DNA of 51,746 nt from Eubacteriales bacterium (GCA_045594865.1 JAZNZI010000134.1:1-51746), one strand, 5' to 3'. Positions 1-8,210 are shown, counted from the stretch's first letter. A program made the numbers and translations. The notes: generated from the sequence alone by a model not told the origin.

Positions 1-137
1 CTGCGGATCGCTTGCGATCCGGAACAGGCACTTGCTATGCAAGTGCGCTGGTTCGCATACCATACGCAGTCGCGTCAAGCTCGCTTGTAAGCGGCAAGTA
101 TTGGTATCTTCGCCATAGGCGAATACCCATCTTCCCA

Positions 138-163
138 CACCGACTTTATGTCGGTGTTTTTTT
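138..163 (+). terminator. Intrinsic-terminator-like hairpin closing repeat unit 1
   Basis: CACCGAC-TTTAT-GTCGGTG followed by TTTTTTT. Confidence 0.6.
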
Positions 164-303
164 ATGCTGCGGATCGCTTGCGATCCGGAACAGGCACTTG
201 CTATGCAAGTGCGCTGGTTCGCATTTGAGCGAAAGCCGTCGATAAGCTCGCTTATCAGCGGCAAAGCGAAAAATATTCGCCTTTGGCGAATACCCAGCTT
301 TCC

Positions 304-326
304 AACCGACTTTATGTCGGTTTTTA
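304..326 (+). terminator. Intrinsic-terminator-like hairpin closing repeat unit 2
   Basis: AACCGAC-TTTAT-GTCGGTT followed by TTTTATT. The outer stem pair changed from C-G to A-T relative to unit 1, a compensatory change. Confidence 0.55.
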
Positions 327-329
327 TTA

Positions 330-358
330 TTTACTTTTACTCAAAACTATGATATAAT
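330..358 (+). promoter_or_regulatory. Possible extended -10 promoter for the GNAT gene
   Basis: TGaTATAAT at 350-358, with a weak -35 (TTTACT) 17 nt upstream. Confidence 0.35.
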
Positions 359-401
359 ACATTTTGCAGATAAGCTTGAATTTGACTGTGAGGAACTAAA
401 T

Positions 402-848
402 ATGGAATTTCTAAATACAGATTTTTTAAAAAGTGAAGAAATAAAATTGGTTGTAAACAGATTATCCGATAGAGATCCCGAAAGAAATTGGGTGCCTGCA
501 TATCACTTTCACATCTGCGATTTGCGCGGAATCGTTATGGGTGCATGCGATTTGCGCATTGGATATACCGATGGACTATACTATGGTGGGCATATCGGAT
601 ATAGCATCAACGAAGAGTATCGAGGACATCACTACGCTGCAAAAGCCTGCAAGTTGCTTTTCTCATTGGCTAAAAAGCATAATATGAGTTATTTGTATAT
701 CACGTGTAATCCTGATAATTTACCGTCCAAAAGAACTTGTGAATATCTACAAGGAGAATTTCTTGGAGTGGTGGAATTACCCGAGGATAATGATATGCGA
801 ATCAATGACGGTGAAACCCACAAATGCATTTTTAAATTTCACCTGTGA
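402..848 (+). CDS. GNAT family N-acetyltransferase
   Basis: 148-aa ORF. The core GHIGYSINEEYRGHHYAAKACKLLFSLAKKH...ITCNPDNLPSKRTCE is typical of the GNAT acetyl-CoA-binding fold. Confidence 0.8.
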   Translation: MEFLNTDFLKSEEIKLVVNRLSDRDPERNWVPAYHFHICDLRGIVMGACDLRIGYTDGLYYGGHIGYSINEEYRGHHYAAKACKLLFSLAKKHNMSYLYITCNPDNLPSKRTCEYLQGEFLGVVELPEDNDMRINDGETHKCIFKFHL

Positions 849-919
849 ATTTCAATTTTAAGTTCTAATCAAAAAGATCAAAAAGACAAACTATTTTGGT
901 TGGTCTTTTCCATTTTCAT

Positions 920-1864
920 TTACCCTCTGTTCTTATACCACTCCACAGTGGCTTTCAGCTCCCTCTCAAAATCAGCCTTTGGCTGCCAGCCGAGAGATTT
1001 AATTTTGCTTGAATCTATGGGATACCTTCTATCGTGTCCCTTTCTATCCTCGACAAATTGGATTTTCACATCTGGCTTACCAAGGAGCAAAGCAATTTTT
1101 CTTACCAAATCAATATTACTCCACTCGTTATCTGCGCCGATATTATATATACCGCACTCCCCTGCTCTGATTATAAGGTCGATGGCACGGCAATGATCTT
1201 TGGTATAGAGCCAATCGCGCATATTAGTGCCATCACCGTACAGAGTGACGGGCATATCCGAGAGAATTTGCGAAATACACATAGGAATCAGCTTTTCTCT
1301 ATGCTGATGAATACCGTAATTATTGCTTGATCGACTGACTGATACGGGCAGACCGTGGGTGCGCATATAGGACAGCGCCAGAAGATCTGCCGCTGCCTTG
1401 CTCGCGCTATAGGGGGACGAGGGATTAAGAGGAGAGATCTCGGTAAAGCTCTCAGCGGAATCGATAGGCATATCACCATATACCTCGTCGGTGGAAATCT
1501 GATGAAACCTCCTTACTCCGTATTTTACAGAAGCGTCAAGCAGCACCTGCGTGCCCAAAATGTTGGTTTCAATAAAGGTGCGAGAGTTTGAAATTGAACG
1601 ATCAACGTGGCTCTCGGCAGCAAAATTGATCAGAATATCGGGGATATGCTCGGCAAAAATGCGCTCTATCGCCCCTTTATCACAAATATTGACCTTGAAA
1701 AATGTAAACTTTTCATAACATTTTAAGCTTTCGAGGGCGCTTTCGCTGGCGGCATAGGTCATACAGTCTATCCCAATGACGCTATCGGCGGGATATTTAC
1801 GCAAAATATAGTCCGCAAAAGCTGATCCAATAAATCCCGCGCAGCCTGTAATTACAATTTTCAT
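920..1864 (-). CDS. rfbB: dTDP-glucose 4,6-dehydratase-like extended SDR
   Basis: Has a Rossmann ITGCAGFIGS, NFAAESHVDRS, STDEVYGD and the catalytic YSASK (YxxxK). The ORF-track start at 1876 is a GTG. The ATG at 1864 (MKIVITG) lies 5 nt after GAGGG, and the ATG at 1867 is also possible. Confidence 0.85.
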   Translation of the reverse strand: MKIVITGCAGFIGSAFADYILRKYPADSVIGIDCMTYAASESALESLKCYEKFTFFKVNICDKGAIERIFAEHIPDILINFAAESHVDRSISNSRTFIETNILGTQVLLDASVKYGVRRFHQISTDEVYGDMPIDSAESFTEISPLNPSSPYSASKAAADLLALSYMRTHGLPVSVSRSSNNYGIHQHREKLIPMCISQILSDMPVTLYGDGTNMRDWLYTKDHCRAIDLIIRAGECGIYNIGADNEWSNIDLVRKIALLLGKPDVKIQFVEDRKGHDRRYPIDSSKIKSLGWQPKADFERELKATVEWYKNRG

Positions 1865-1982
1865 CATTTCCCTCACTTTCCCGACCTTATATCAAGTCAA
1901 AAAGCCTTCCTTTATTATTATATATATTATATCACTAAAAACATCCTTTTGCAATACAATTTACGCTTAGTGTATCTATCTA

Positions 1983-2011
1983 TTGACAAAAATCGACAAA
2001 GGTTGTATAAT
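1983..2011 (+). promoter_or_regulatory. Sigma-A type promoter for the lipoprotein gene
   Basis: TTGACA (1983-1988), a 17-nt spacer, then TATAAT (2006-2011). Confidence 0.6.
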
Positions 2012-2042
2012 AGTATCGTTAATCAAATCATCGGAGGAATAT

Positions 2043-2666
2043 ATGAGCTTCTCGAGAATTGCCGCACTGCTTATTACACTTGTATTGATATTTTCAATGA
2101 TATCCTGCGATCACAGTCACGGTCATCCATCAAACGATAATTACGATCCCCACGACAATATTCAGAATCCCAACCAAAATCAGAACGGCGAGGATCAGGA
2201 AGGCTCTGAGGAAAACGAGGGTGACGAGGGCAACGAGGGTAAGATCACCTATATGTATAGCGTTCTATCAAAGACGCTTCACCTCCCCGACTGCTATCAT
2301 ATTGAAAACATCAAGGAGGATTACCTCTTTGAGTACACGGGAGATATCACCGTAATGCTTGGAAAGGGCTATACCATCTGTAAGGATTGCCTTGTTCCCG
2401 ACGAGGAAAAGGAGGACAAGGAAGGGGAAAAAGAGGAGGAGAATCTTATTGCCAAGGAGGATGCAACATATGCGACTCACAAGGTAAAGCTGGTTATCCA
2501 CCTCGTAGATTGCTACACACTGGAATCCATGTCGGAGGAAAATCTCAGATACACAGACCTCACCTATGAGGAGCTGCTTGCTGCAAAGTATCGCCCCTGT
2601 GGCACCTGTATGCACGAGGAATATGAGCAGTATAAAAAAGATCATCCCGAGGAATTTGAAGAATAA
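2043..2666 (+). CDS. Lipoprotein with acidic linkers and two His/Cys3 (Ada-Zn-like) modules
   Basis: ATG at 2043 is preceded by GGAGGA. The signal peptide ends in a lipobox (IFSMISC). D/E/N/Q-rich linkers are present. Two modules fit the pattern H-x3-C ... C-x2-C: LHLPDCYH...GYTICKDC and IHLVDCYT...YRPCGTCM. Confidence 0.7.
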   Translation: MSFSRIAALLITLVLIFSMISCDHSHGHPSNDNYDPHDNIQNPNQNQNGEDQEGSEENEGDEGNEGKITYMYSVLSKTLHLPDCYHIENIKEDYLFEYTGDITVMLGKGYTICKDCLVPDEEKEDKEGEKEEENLIAKEDATYATHKVKLVIHLVDCYTLESMSEENLRYTDLTYEELLAAKYRPCGTCMHEEYEQYKKDHPEEFEE

Positions 2667-2674
2667 AAACAACA

Positions 2675-2702
2675 AACAGCCTATCATCAGATAGGCTGTT
2701 TT
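2675..2702. terminator. Bidirectional hairpin between convergent genes
   Basis: AACAGCCTATC-ATCA-GATAGGCTGTT, with an A-rich run before and a T-run after. Confidence 0.7.
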
Positions 2703-2715
2703 CATTATGATTATT

Positions 2716-3375
2716 TTACATTTTAGCCAATACGGAGTCGGCAAGCGATCTTGCAAGAGAGACATTCGCCTCAGAGTCCTTTGGAGTGCCGCCGCAGAAG
2801 GAATCAAATACCTCTCCGACCTTTTCAGCACAGCAATCAACTGACGAGCAGTTGCGGATAAATGCATAGAACACCGCCTGGCGCTCGGGCATCTCGCTGT
2901 AATCAAGGATATTCTGACGGGTGCGGGAATTAAGCTTCTTTTGCGTTTCGGGAGAATCGAGATCGTCGGCATAACGCTCGGCAAGTCTTCTCTCCATTAC
3001 GTCGATATCATCGTAAATATACACACCGCAGGGGGATATATCGCCCTTGTTATTAGACAGCGAGGTGACGCCGTTGATATCGAGAACCAAGAGCGGAACC
3101 CTTCCCTCGGAGGTGATACGGTCTATCTCCGAGCGGGGAGTACCGTAGAGGTTGCCCGCGTACTCGGTATGCTCAAGAACACCGCCGGTAGCAATAAGAT
3201 GACGGAACTCGGCATCGGTGATATATATATACTCGTTGTCAAATTGATCTGCTCTCTTGGGACGGGTGGTCACCGAGCGAACAAACTCATATCTGCCGTC
3301 AAGCTCAAGCATACGGTGAGCGATCGTAGTCTTTCCTACCGCGGAGGGACCTGCAATAATCAGTATATTCTTCAT
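2716..3375 (-). CDS. Guanylate kinase-like protein
   Basis: P-loop GPSAVGKTT, then SVTTRPKR...EYIYI...LEHTEYAGNLYGTP, which matches the guanylate kinase pattern. It starts 3 nt downstream of serS, so the two are probably co-transcribed. Confidence 0.8.
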   Translation of the reverse strand: MKNILIIAGPSAVGKTTIAHRMLELDGRYEFVRSVTTRPKRADQFDNEYIYITDAEFRHLIATGGVLEHTEYAGNLYGTPRSEIDRITSEGRVPLLVLDINGVTSLSNNKGDISPCGVYIYDDIDVMERRLAERYADDLDSPETQKKLNSRTRQNILDYSEMPERQAVFYAFIRNCSSVDCCAEKVGEVFDSFCGGTPKDSEANVSLARSLADSVLAKM

Positions 3376-3378
3376 ATC

Positions 3379-4665
3379 TTATCTCTTAGGGATGATCTTG
3401 TCCACGCCGCCCATATAGGGACGAAGTGCAACGGGGATGTTTACACTGCCGTCTGCATTTAGGTTGTTCTCAAGGAATGCGATAAGCATTCTGGGAGGAG
3501 CAACAACGGTGTTATTAAGAGTGTGAGCAAGGTAAGTACCATTTTCGCCCTTAACTCTGATCTTAAGACGGCGAGCCTGCGCGTCACCAAGGTTAGAGCA
3601 GGAGCCTACCTCAAAGTACTTCTGCTGTCTTGGAGACCAGGCCTCAACGTCGACCGACTTAACCTTCAGGTCTGCAAGGTCACCCGAGCAGCACTCAAGA
3701 GTTCTTACGGGAATATCAAGGGTGCGGAACATATCAACGGTGTTCTTCCAGAGCTTGTCAAACCAAACGGGAGATTCCTCGGGGCGACAAACGACTACCA
3801 TCTCCTGCTTCTCGAACTGGTGGATACGGTAAACGCCTCTCTCCTCAATACCGTGCGCGCCCTTCTCCTTACGGAAGCAGGGGGAGTAGGAGGTAAGGGT
3901 GTAAGGAAGCTCGTTTTCGGGAACGATCTGGTCGATAAATTTACCAATCATAGAATGCTCGGAGGTACCGATAAGATAAAGGTCCTCGCCCTCGATCTTA
4001 TACATCATAGCCTCCATCTCAGCGAAGGACATAACGCCTGTGACAACGCCTGCGCGGATCATATAGGGAGGAATGCAATAGGTAAAGCCACGGTCGATCA
4101 TAAAGTCGCGGGCATAGGAGATAACCGCAGAGTGAAGTCTTGCGATATCGCCCATAAGATAATAGAAGCCGTTTCCTGCAACACGGCGGGCGCTGTCAAG
4201 GTCGATGCCGCAGAAGCGCTCCATAATATCGGTGTGATAGGGTACCTCAAAGTCGGGGGTGAGAGGCTCACCAAAGCGCTCTACCTCAACGTTCTCGGAG
4301 TCGTCCTTACCAATGGGAACCGAGGGATCAATCATGTTGGGAATGATCATCATTATCTTCTGTACCTTCTCCGAAAGCTCGGCCTCCTTTGCCTCGCAAG
4401 CGGCAAGCTCGGCTGCCTGCTCTGCTACGAGCTTCTTAGCCTCCTCTGCCTCGGCAAACTTCTTCTGACCCATAAGCATACCTATGGACTTGGATATCTT
4501 GTTTCTGTTAGCGCGGAGATCGTCTGCGCGCTTTTTATTCTGTCTAAGCTCCTCGTCGAGAGCAATTACCTCGTCAACGAGAGGAAGCTTTTCATCCTGG
4601 AACTTGTTTCTGATGTTCTGCTTTACTACCTCGGGATTTTCTCTGAGGAATTTGATGTCAATCAT
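3379..4665 (-). CDS. serS: Seryl-tRNA synthetase
   Basis: 428 aa. N-terminal MIDIKFLRENPEVVKQNIRNKF coiled-coil arm, followed by class II core motifs (FRKEKGAHG..., GSCSNLGDAQARRL). Confidence 0.95.
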   Translation of the reverse strand: MIDIKFLRENPEVVKQNIRNKFQDEKLPLVDEVIALDEELRQNKKRADDLRANRNKISKSIGMLMGQKKFAEAEEAKKLVAEQAAELAACEAKEAELSEKVQKIMMIIPNMIDPSVPIGKDDSENVEVERFGEPLTPDFEVPYHTDIMERFCGIDLDSARRVAGNGFYYLMGDIARLHSAVISYARDFMIDRGFTYCIPPYMIRAGVVTGVMSFAEMEAMMYKIEGEDLYLIGTSEHSMIGKFIDQIVPENELPYTLTSYSPCFRKEKGAHGIEERGVYRIHQFEKQEMVVVCRPEESPVWFDKLWKNTVDMFRTLDIPVRTLECCSGDLADLKVKSVDVEAWSPRQQKYFEVGSCSNLGDAQARRLKIRVKGENGTYLAHTLNNTVVAPPRMLIAFLENNLNADGSVNIPVALRPYMGGVDKIIPKR

Positions 4666-4795
4666 TTTTTATTCTCCTTAAAAAGGTCATATCAACCCAT
4701 TTTGTTTCATATCATTTATTTTACACTAATACGCTGGAAAATTCAAGAGGTTTACAAAATATTTTTAATAATATAGAGTTTTTATCATTTATCTA

Positions 4796-4824
4796 TTGAT
4801 TTTATCGAGGTAATTTAGTATAAT
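4796..4824 (+). promoter_or_regulatory. Sigma-A type promoter for fba
   Basis: TTGATT (4796-4801), a 17-nt spacer, then TATAAT (4819-4824). An AAGGAG RBS precedes the ATG at 4860. Confidence 0.6.
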
Positions 4825-4859
4825 ATATAGGGATAAATTTTTAACAAGGAGATATACAT

Positions 4860-5723
4860 ATGTTAGTTTCTGCTAAGGAAATGCTTAACAAGGCAAAGGC
4901 AGGCCACTACGCAGTTGGCCAGTTTAACATCAATAATTTAGAGTGGACGAAGGCAATACTTCTCACCGCCCAGGAGATGAACTCTCCCGTTATTCTCGGT
5001 GTATCCGAGGGTGCAGGCAAGTATATGTGCGGCTACAAGACCATAGTTGGTATGGTTGAGGGTATGATCGAGGGACTTGGTATCACCGTTCCCGTTGCTC
5101 TCCACCTTGACCACGGCTCTTATGAGGGCGCTCTTAAGTGCATCGAAGCGGGCTTCTCGTCCGTAATGTTTGACGGATCTCACTACCCTATCGACGAGAA
5201 TATCGCAAAGACCAAGGAGCTTGTTGCTCTCTGCAATGAAAAGGGCATCTCCCTCGAGGCTGAGGTTGGCTCTATCGGTGGCGAAGAGGACGGCGTTATC
5301 GGCGCAGGCGAGTGCGCAGATCCCAACGAGTGTAAGATGATCGCGGATCTCGGCGTGACTATGCTTGCAGCAGGTATCGGTAATATTCACGGAAAGTATC
5401 CCGCAAACTGGCCCGGTCTCTCCTTTGAGACTCTCGACGCTATTCAGCAGAAGACAGGCGCTATGCCCCTCGTTCTTCACGGCGGTACAGGCATTCCTGC
5501 CGACATGATTGCAAAGGCAATCGACCTTGGTGTTTCCAAGATAAACGTTAACACCGAGTGCCAGCTTTCCTTCGCAGCTGCTACCCGTACATACATCGAG
5601 GAGGGTAAGGACCTTCAGGGTAAGGGCTTTGACCCCAGAAAGCTTCTTGCTCCTGGCACAGAGGCGATCAAGGCTACCGTAAGAGAGAAGATCACTCTCT
5701 TTGGTTCTGCTAACAAGGCGTAA
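4860..5723 (+). CDS. fba: Class II fructose-1,6-bisphosphate aldolase
   Basis: 287 aa. MLVSAKEMLNKAKAGHYAVGQFNINNLEW..., LHLDHG and HGGTGIP motifs are typical of class II FBA. Confidence 0.93.
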   Translation: MLVSAKEMLNKAKAGHYAVGQFNINNLEWTKAILLTAQEMNSPVILGVSEGAGKYMCGYKTIVGMVEGMIEGLGITVPVALHLDHGSYEGALKCIEAGFSSVMFDGSHYPIDENIAKTKELVALCNEKGISLEAEVGSIGGEEDGVIGAGECADPNECKMIADLGVTMLAAGIGNIHGKYPANWPGLSFETLDAIQQKTGAMPLVLHGGTGIPADMIAKAIDLGVSKINVNTECQLSFAAATRTYIEEGKDLQGKGFDPRKLLAPGTEAIKATVREKITLFGSANKA

Positions 5724-5743
5724 AATAGTATAAAACAAAGAAA

Positions 5744-5790
5744 AAAGGGTAAAGAACACAGTTTTTCTGTGACTTTATCCTTTTTTCTTT
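5744..5790 (+). terminator. Intrinsic terminator after fba
   Basis: Imperfect stem AGGGTAAAGAACACAG / CTGTGACTTTATCCT followed by TTTTTTCTTT. Confidence 0.6.
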
Positions 5791-5859
5791 GTATATTGTG
5801 ATAATTCCCCGCTCTCCTTCATAGGCTTGTATGAAAGATTTTATTTAAGGAGAGATTTT

Positions 5860-7317
5860 ATGAGTGATAATTCCATTTATTCGGATATTGCAAAGAGGAC
5901 CGGCGGAGACATTTACATCGGCGTGGTCGGCCCTGTGAGAAGTGGAAAATCCACCTTTATACGCAGATTTCTTGACAACGTGGTACTTCCTAATATTGAA
6001 AACGAATACGACAGACAACGAACCGAGGATGAGATTCCACAGAGCGCATCAGGCAGGACGATAATGACCACGGAGCCAAAGTTCGTACCCGACGATTCGG
6101 TACGCGTAATGCTTGACGAGGGGATAGAATTCCGCGTTAAGATGGTAGACTGCGTGGGCTATCTTGTTGACGGTGCTCTTGGTGCGGAGGAAAACGGCGA
6201 AAACCGTATGGTAATCACCCCTTGGTCGGAGGATGCTATGCCCTTTGCCGATGCGGCAGAGCTTGGTACGGGCAAGGTTATAGGTGAACACGCAACCATC
6301 GCTATGCTGGTCACCACCGATGGCTCGATAGCAGGCATACCGAGAGAGAGCTATATTCCCGCAGAGGAGCGGGTTGCCAAAGAGCTGAAGGAACTTGGCA
6401 AGCCCTTTGCTATTATTTTGAACTCAGCAAATCCCGACAGTGACGAAGCTCACGCCTTAGCTCACGAGCTGGAGGAGAAGCACGGCGTACCCGTTGCGCT
6501 CGTTTGCTGTCCCGAGCTTGACGCCGAGGATATACGCGAGATACTCGCCCTCGTGCTGTCGGAGTTCCCTGTTCGCGAGATGAGCTTTACCCTGCCCGAC
6601 TGGTGTCAGGTTCTGCCCGAGCGGCATCCGCTCAGATCGGGTATGCTCGACGATATACGTAGCTTTTCCGATAAGGTTGAAAAGCTTGGAGATATAGAAA
6701 AGCACCTCGCTGGCTACGATTTTGAGCGGGTTTCGGTGAATGCAGGTGACGGCACGGCGCAGTTTAATATTCCCGTGGATAACGAAGTGTATTTCAGCGT
6801 AGTGAGCGAGCTATGCGGTACAGAGATAACGTCAGAAAAGGAGCTGCTCAACACCGTCAAGGAGCTTGCAGAAATACGCGACAAGTATATGAGAGTTGAG
6901 GATGCTCTGCTTGACGTAGAGGAAAAGGGCTATGGCATAGTTATGCCCTCTATGAAGGATCTGAAGCTTGAGGAGCCCACTCTTGTGAAGCAGGCAAACG
7001 GCTACGGTGTAAAGGTGACGGCGCACGCCGATTCTATACATATGATAAAGACGGGTATCAAGGCAGATCTTTGCCCTGTGGTTGGCAGCGAGGAGCAATC
7101 CGAGGAGGTTGTCAAATTCCTGCAAAGTGAGTTCGAGGATAATCCCGACAAGGTATGGGAGTATAATATGTTCGGTAAGTCGCTCTATGATATGGTCAGC
7201 GACGGAATGAATGCAAAACTCTCTCATATGCCCGATGAGTCGAGAGAAAAGCTTGGGGAAACTCTCGGAAAGATCATAAACGAGGGATCGAACGGCTTGA
7301 TTTGCATACTTTTGTAA
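5860..7317 (+). CDS. spoIVA: Stage IV sporulation protein A (spore coat morphogenetic ATPase)
   Basis: IYSDIAKRTGGDIYIGVVGPVRSGKSTFIRRF Walker A N-terminus with full-length colinearity (~485 aa). ATG at 5860 follows AAGGAGAG; the ORF-track start at 5827 is a probable over-extension. Confidence 0.93.
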   Translation: MSDNSIYSDIAKRTGGDIYIGVVGPVRSGKSTFIRRFLDNVVLPNIENEYDRQRTEDEIPQSASGRTIMTTEPKFVPDDSVRVMLDEGIEFRVKMVDCVGYLVDGALGAEENGENRMVITPWSEDAMPFADAAELGTGKVIGEHATIAMLVTTDGSIAGIPRESYIPAEERVAKELKELGKPFAIILNSANPDSDEAHALAHELEEKHGVPVALVCCPELDAEDIREILALVLSEFPVREMSFTLPDWCQVLPERHPLRSGMLDDIRSFSDKVEKLGDIEKHLAGYDFERVSVNAGDGTAQFNIPVDNEVYFSVVSELCGTEITSEKELLNTVKELAEIRDKYMRVEDALLDVEEKGYGIVMPSMKDLKLEEPTLVKQANGYGVKVTAHADSIHMIKTGIKADLCPVVGSEEQSEEVVKFLQSEFEDNPDKVWEYNMFGKSLYDMVSDGMNAKLSHMPDESREKLGETLGKIINEGSNGLICILL

Positions 7318-7375
7318 AGTTTAGTTGATATTTATACAATAAAAATCCCCCGCAAAATGATATATACCTCCAAAA

Positions 7376-7396
7376 GTGTCTAACTTTTGGGTTGCA
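7376..7396 (-). mobile_element. Solo IS3-family-like terminal inverted repeat
   Basis: The reverse complement, TGCAACCCAAAAGTTAGACAC, closely matches the terminal repeat of the partial IS3 at 51334 (TGAACCCAAAAGTTTAGACAA). No transposase gene is adjacent. Confidence 0.45.
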
Positions 7397-7547
7397 TATC
7401 AAAAACGGGGGGTATTTCATTTTCGGTCATAGCCCTAACCGCTACCGGAGACATCGGGGTGCGTTTTGACTAAGCCTGCCAGACAGGCAAATATTATCCG
7501 CTACCCGTAAACGGGTATCCAAATCTGTCATTACGAGCGGCAGGGAT

Positions 7548-7594
7548 AAATTCGAAATTCGGAATTCGAAATTCGGAATTCGAAATTCGAAATT
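7548..7594. repeat. Short tandem repeat of AAATTCG/GAATTCG heptamer-octamers
   Basis: AAATTCGAAATTCGGAATTCGAAATTCGGAATTCGAAATTCGAAATT. The tract is self-complementary and contains several GAATTC sites. Confidence 0.85.
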
Positions 7595-7612
7595 AGTTGA
7601 CCAAGCCTCTTT

Positions 7613-7819
7613 GTCATCCCGAGCGGAAGGAATGAGGTTCGGAGACTATACCAACGGGCGAGGGATCTCCGTGTTGGAGCCTTTTCGACTTAGACTTTGG
7701 CAAGCGAGACTTACGAAAACCATTCTTGCGAAAAGCTTAGACTTGCTAAAGGTTCGAAAAAGGAGATCCCTCACCTTTCATTTTCATCTTCGCCTCTTAA
7801 CCCTGCCGTTCAGGATGAC
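7613..7819. repeat. ~207-nt imperfect palindromic (MITE-like) element
   Basis: Outer arms are GTCATCCCGAGCGG (7613-7626) and CCGTTCAGGATGAC (7806-7819). Inner arms are perfect: GAGGGATCTCC (7660-7670) and GGAGATCCCTC (7762-7772). A third copy of the end motif, GTCATTACGAGCGGCAGGG, lies at 7527-7545. Confidence 0.65.
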
Positions 7820-7912
7820 AATATGCTGCGAACATGTCATTTTTTCATAATCGGTTTTTTATTCATCGGTTATCCTCTATCGAACCACGCAGGCTTGGCG
7901 TAGTTTTCGTTA

Positions 7913-7944
7913 TTTCAAGAAAAAGGACGCGCAAGGCGTCCTTT
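7913..7944 (-). terminator. Terminator-like hairpin in a non-coding gap
   Basis: AAAGGACGC-GCAAG-GCGTCCTTT. On the minus strand it is followed by TTTTTCTTG. Confidence 0.45.
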
Positions 7945-8030
7945 GAGATAAATATCATTTACTCGTGGACTTCTGTTCCGTTTCAAGAAAAAGATACGAA
8001 CGATCATCAAGGATTTACATACTACCTCAA

Positions 8031-8175
8031 GTGGAACCGACGGGGTTTTGCCAATGGCGAATATACCCGCACTTTTCGCCTGACAAGCGAGCTTGCCGAT
8101 CTCCAAGTGGGGTATGTGAACCCGATTCGAGTGCGAAGCACTCGAGCGGGTTCGACTCCCAAGTCGGTTCCACCA
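8031..8175 (+). other. Degenerate tRNA-like-domain copy of the tmRNA ends, convergent with ssrA
   Basis: 5' GGAACCGACGGGGTTTTG resembles the tmRNA 5' CGACGGGGATTTTG. 3' GGGTTCGACTCCCAAGTCGGTTCCACCA resembles the tmRNA 3' GGGTTCAACTCCCGTCGGTTCCACCA. The T-stem is broken by an AA insertion, and the interior is a set of short hairpins. Confidence 0.5.
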
Positions 8176-8179
8176 CACG

Positions 8180-8206
8180 AAAAAAACACCGCCGATTGGC
8201 GGTGTT
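8180..8206 (-). terminator. Intrinsic terminator of ssrA
   Basis: On the minus strand AACACCGCC-AATC-GGCGGTGTT is followed by TTTTTTTC, immediately after the tmRNA CCA end. Confidence 0.8.
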
Positions 8207-8210
8207 CGTG

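Larger units (their letters stand above)
1..335 (+). repeat. Two tandem copies (period 166 nt) of a multi-hairpin non-coding element; the array may continue left of the window
   Basis: nt 1-58 are identical to nt 167-224. The rest of each unit has diverged but keeps the same ordered short hairpins (GGATCG/CGATCC, GCACTTGC/GCAAGTGC, CAAG/CTTG vs GATAAG/CTTATC, TTCGCC/GGCGAA). Each unit ends in a stem plus T-run. Confidence 0.8.

Noticed and set aside
12-352. Two small ORFs (77 and 62 aa) at the left edge
   Set aside because: They are translations of the tandem hairpin repeat, so their near-identical N-terminal peptides come from the 58-nt identical segment. Terminator hairpins lie inside them.
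3523-4776. 417-aa plus-strand ORF opposite serS. Similar antisense ORFs lie at 4938-5759, 10554-11492, 13713-14342, 16415-17191, 29075-30250, 31087-31911, 33560-34498, 35542-36501, 36932-37631, 38601-39137, 39138-39833, 41670-42248 and 45430-46320.
   Set aside because: Each lies opposite a gene with a clear family signature. The translations are non-descript and lack RBS-start arrangements.
4666-4859. Possible T-box leader upstream of serS
   Set aside because: Only about 190 nt are available, and they are shared with the divergent fba promoter. I could find no T-box sequence (AANNNGGGTGGNACC-like) or specifier/antiterminator arrangement on the minus strand.
7548-7594. Short tandem repeats (also 39723-39753) considered as a CRISPR array
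   Set aside because: The repeat units are 7-8 nt and directly adjacent, with no spacers. No cas genes are present in the window.
8031-8175. A functional plus-strand tRNA, for example a tRNA-Sec with a long acceptor stem
   Set aside because: At 145 nt it is far too long. The T-stem is reduced to about 3 bp by an AA insertion. There is no credible D-arm or anticodon arm (no UCA loop) and no T-run terminator on the plus strand. I kept it only as a degenerate duplicate or possible small RNA.
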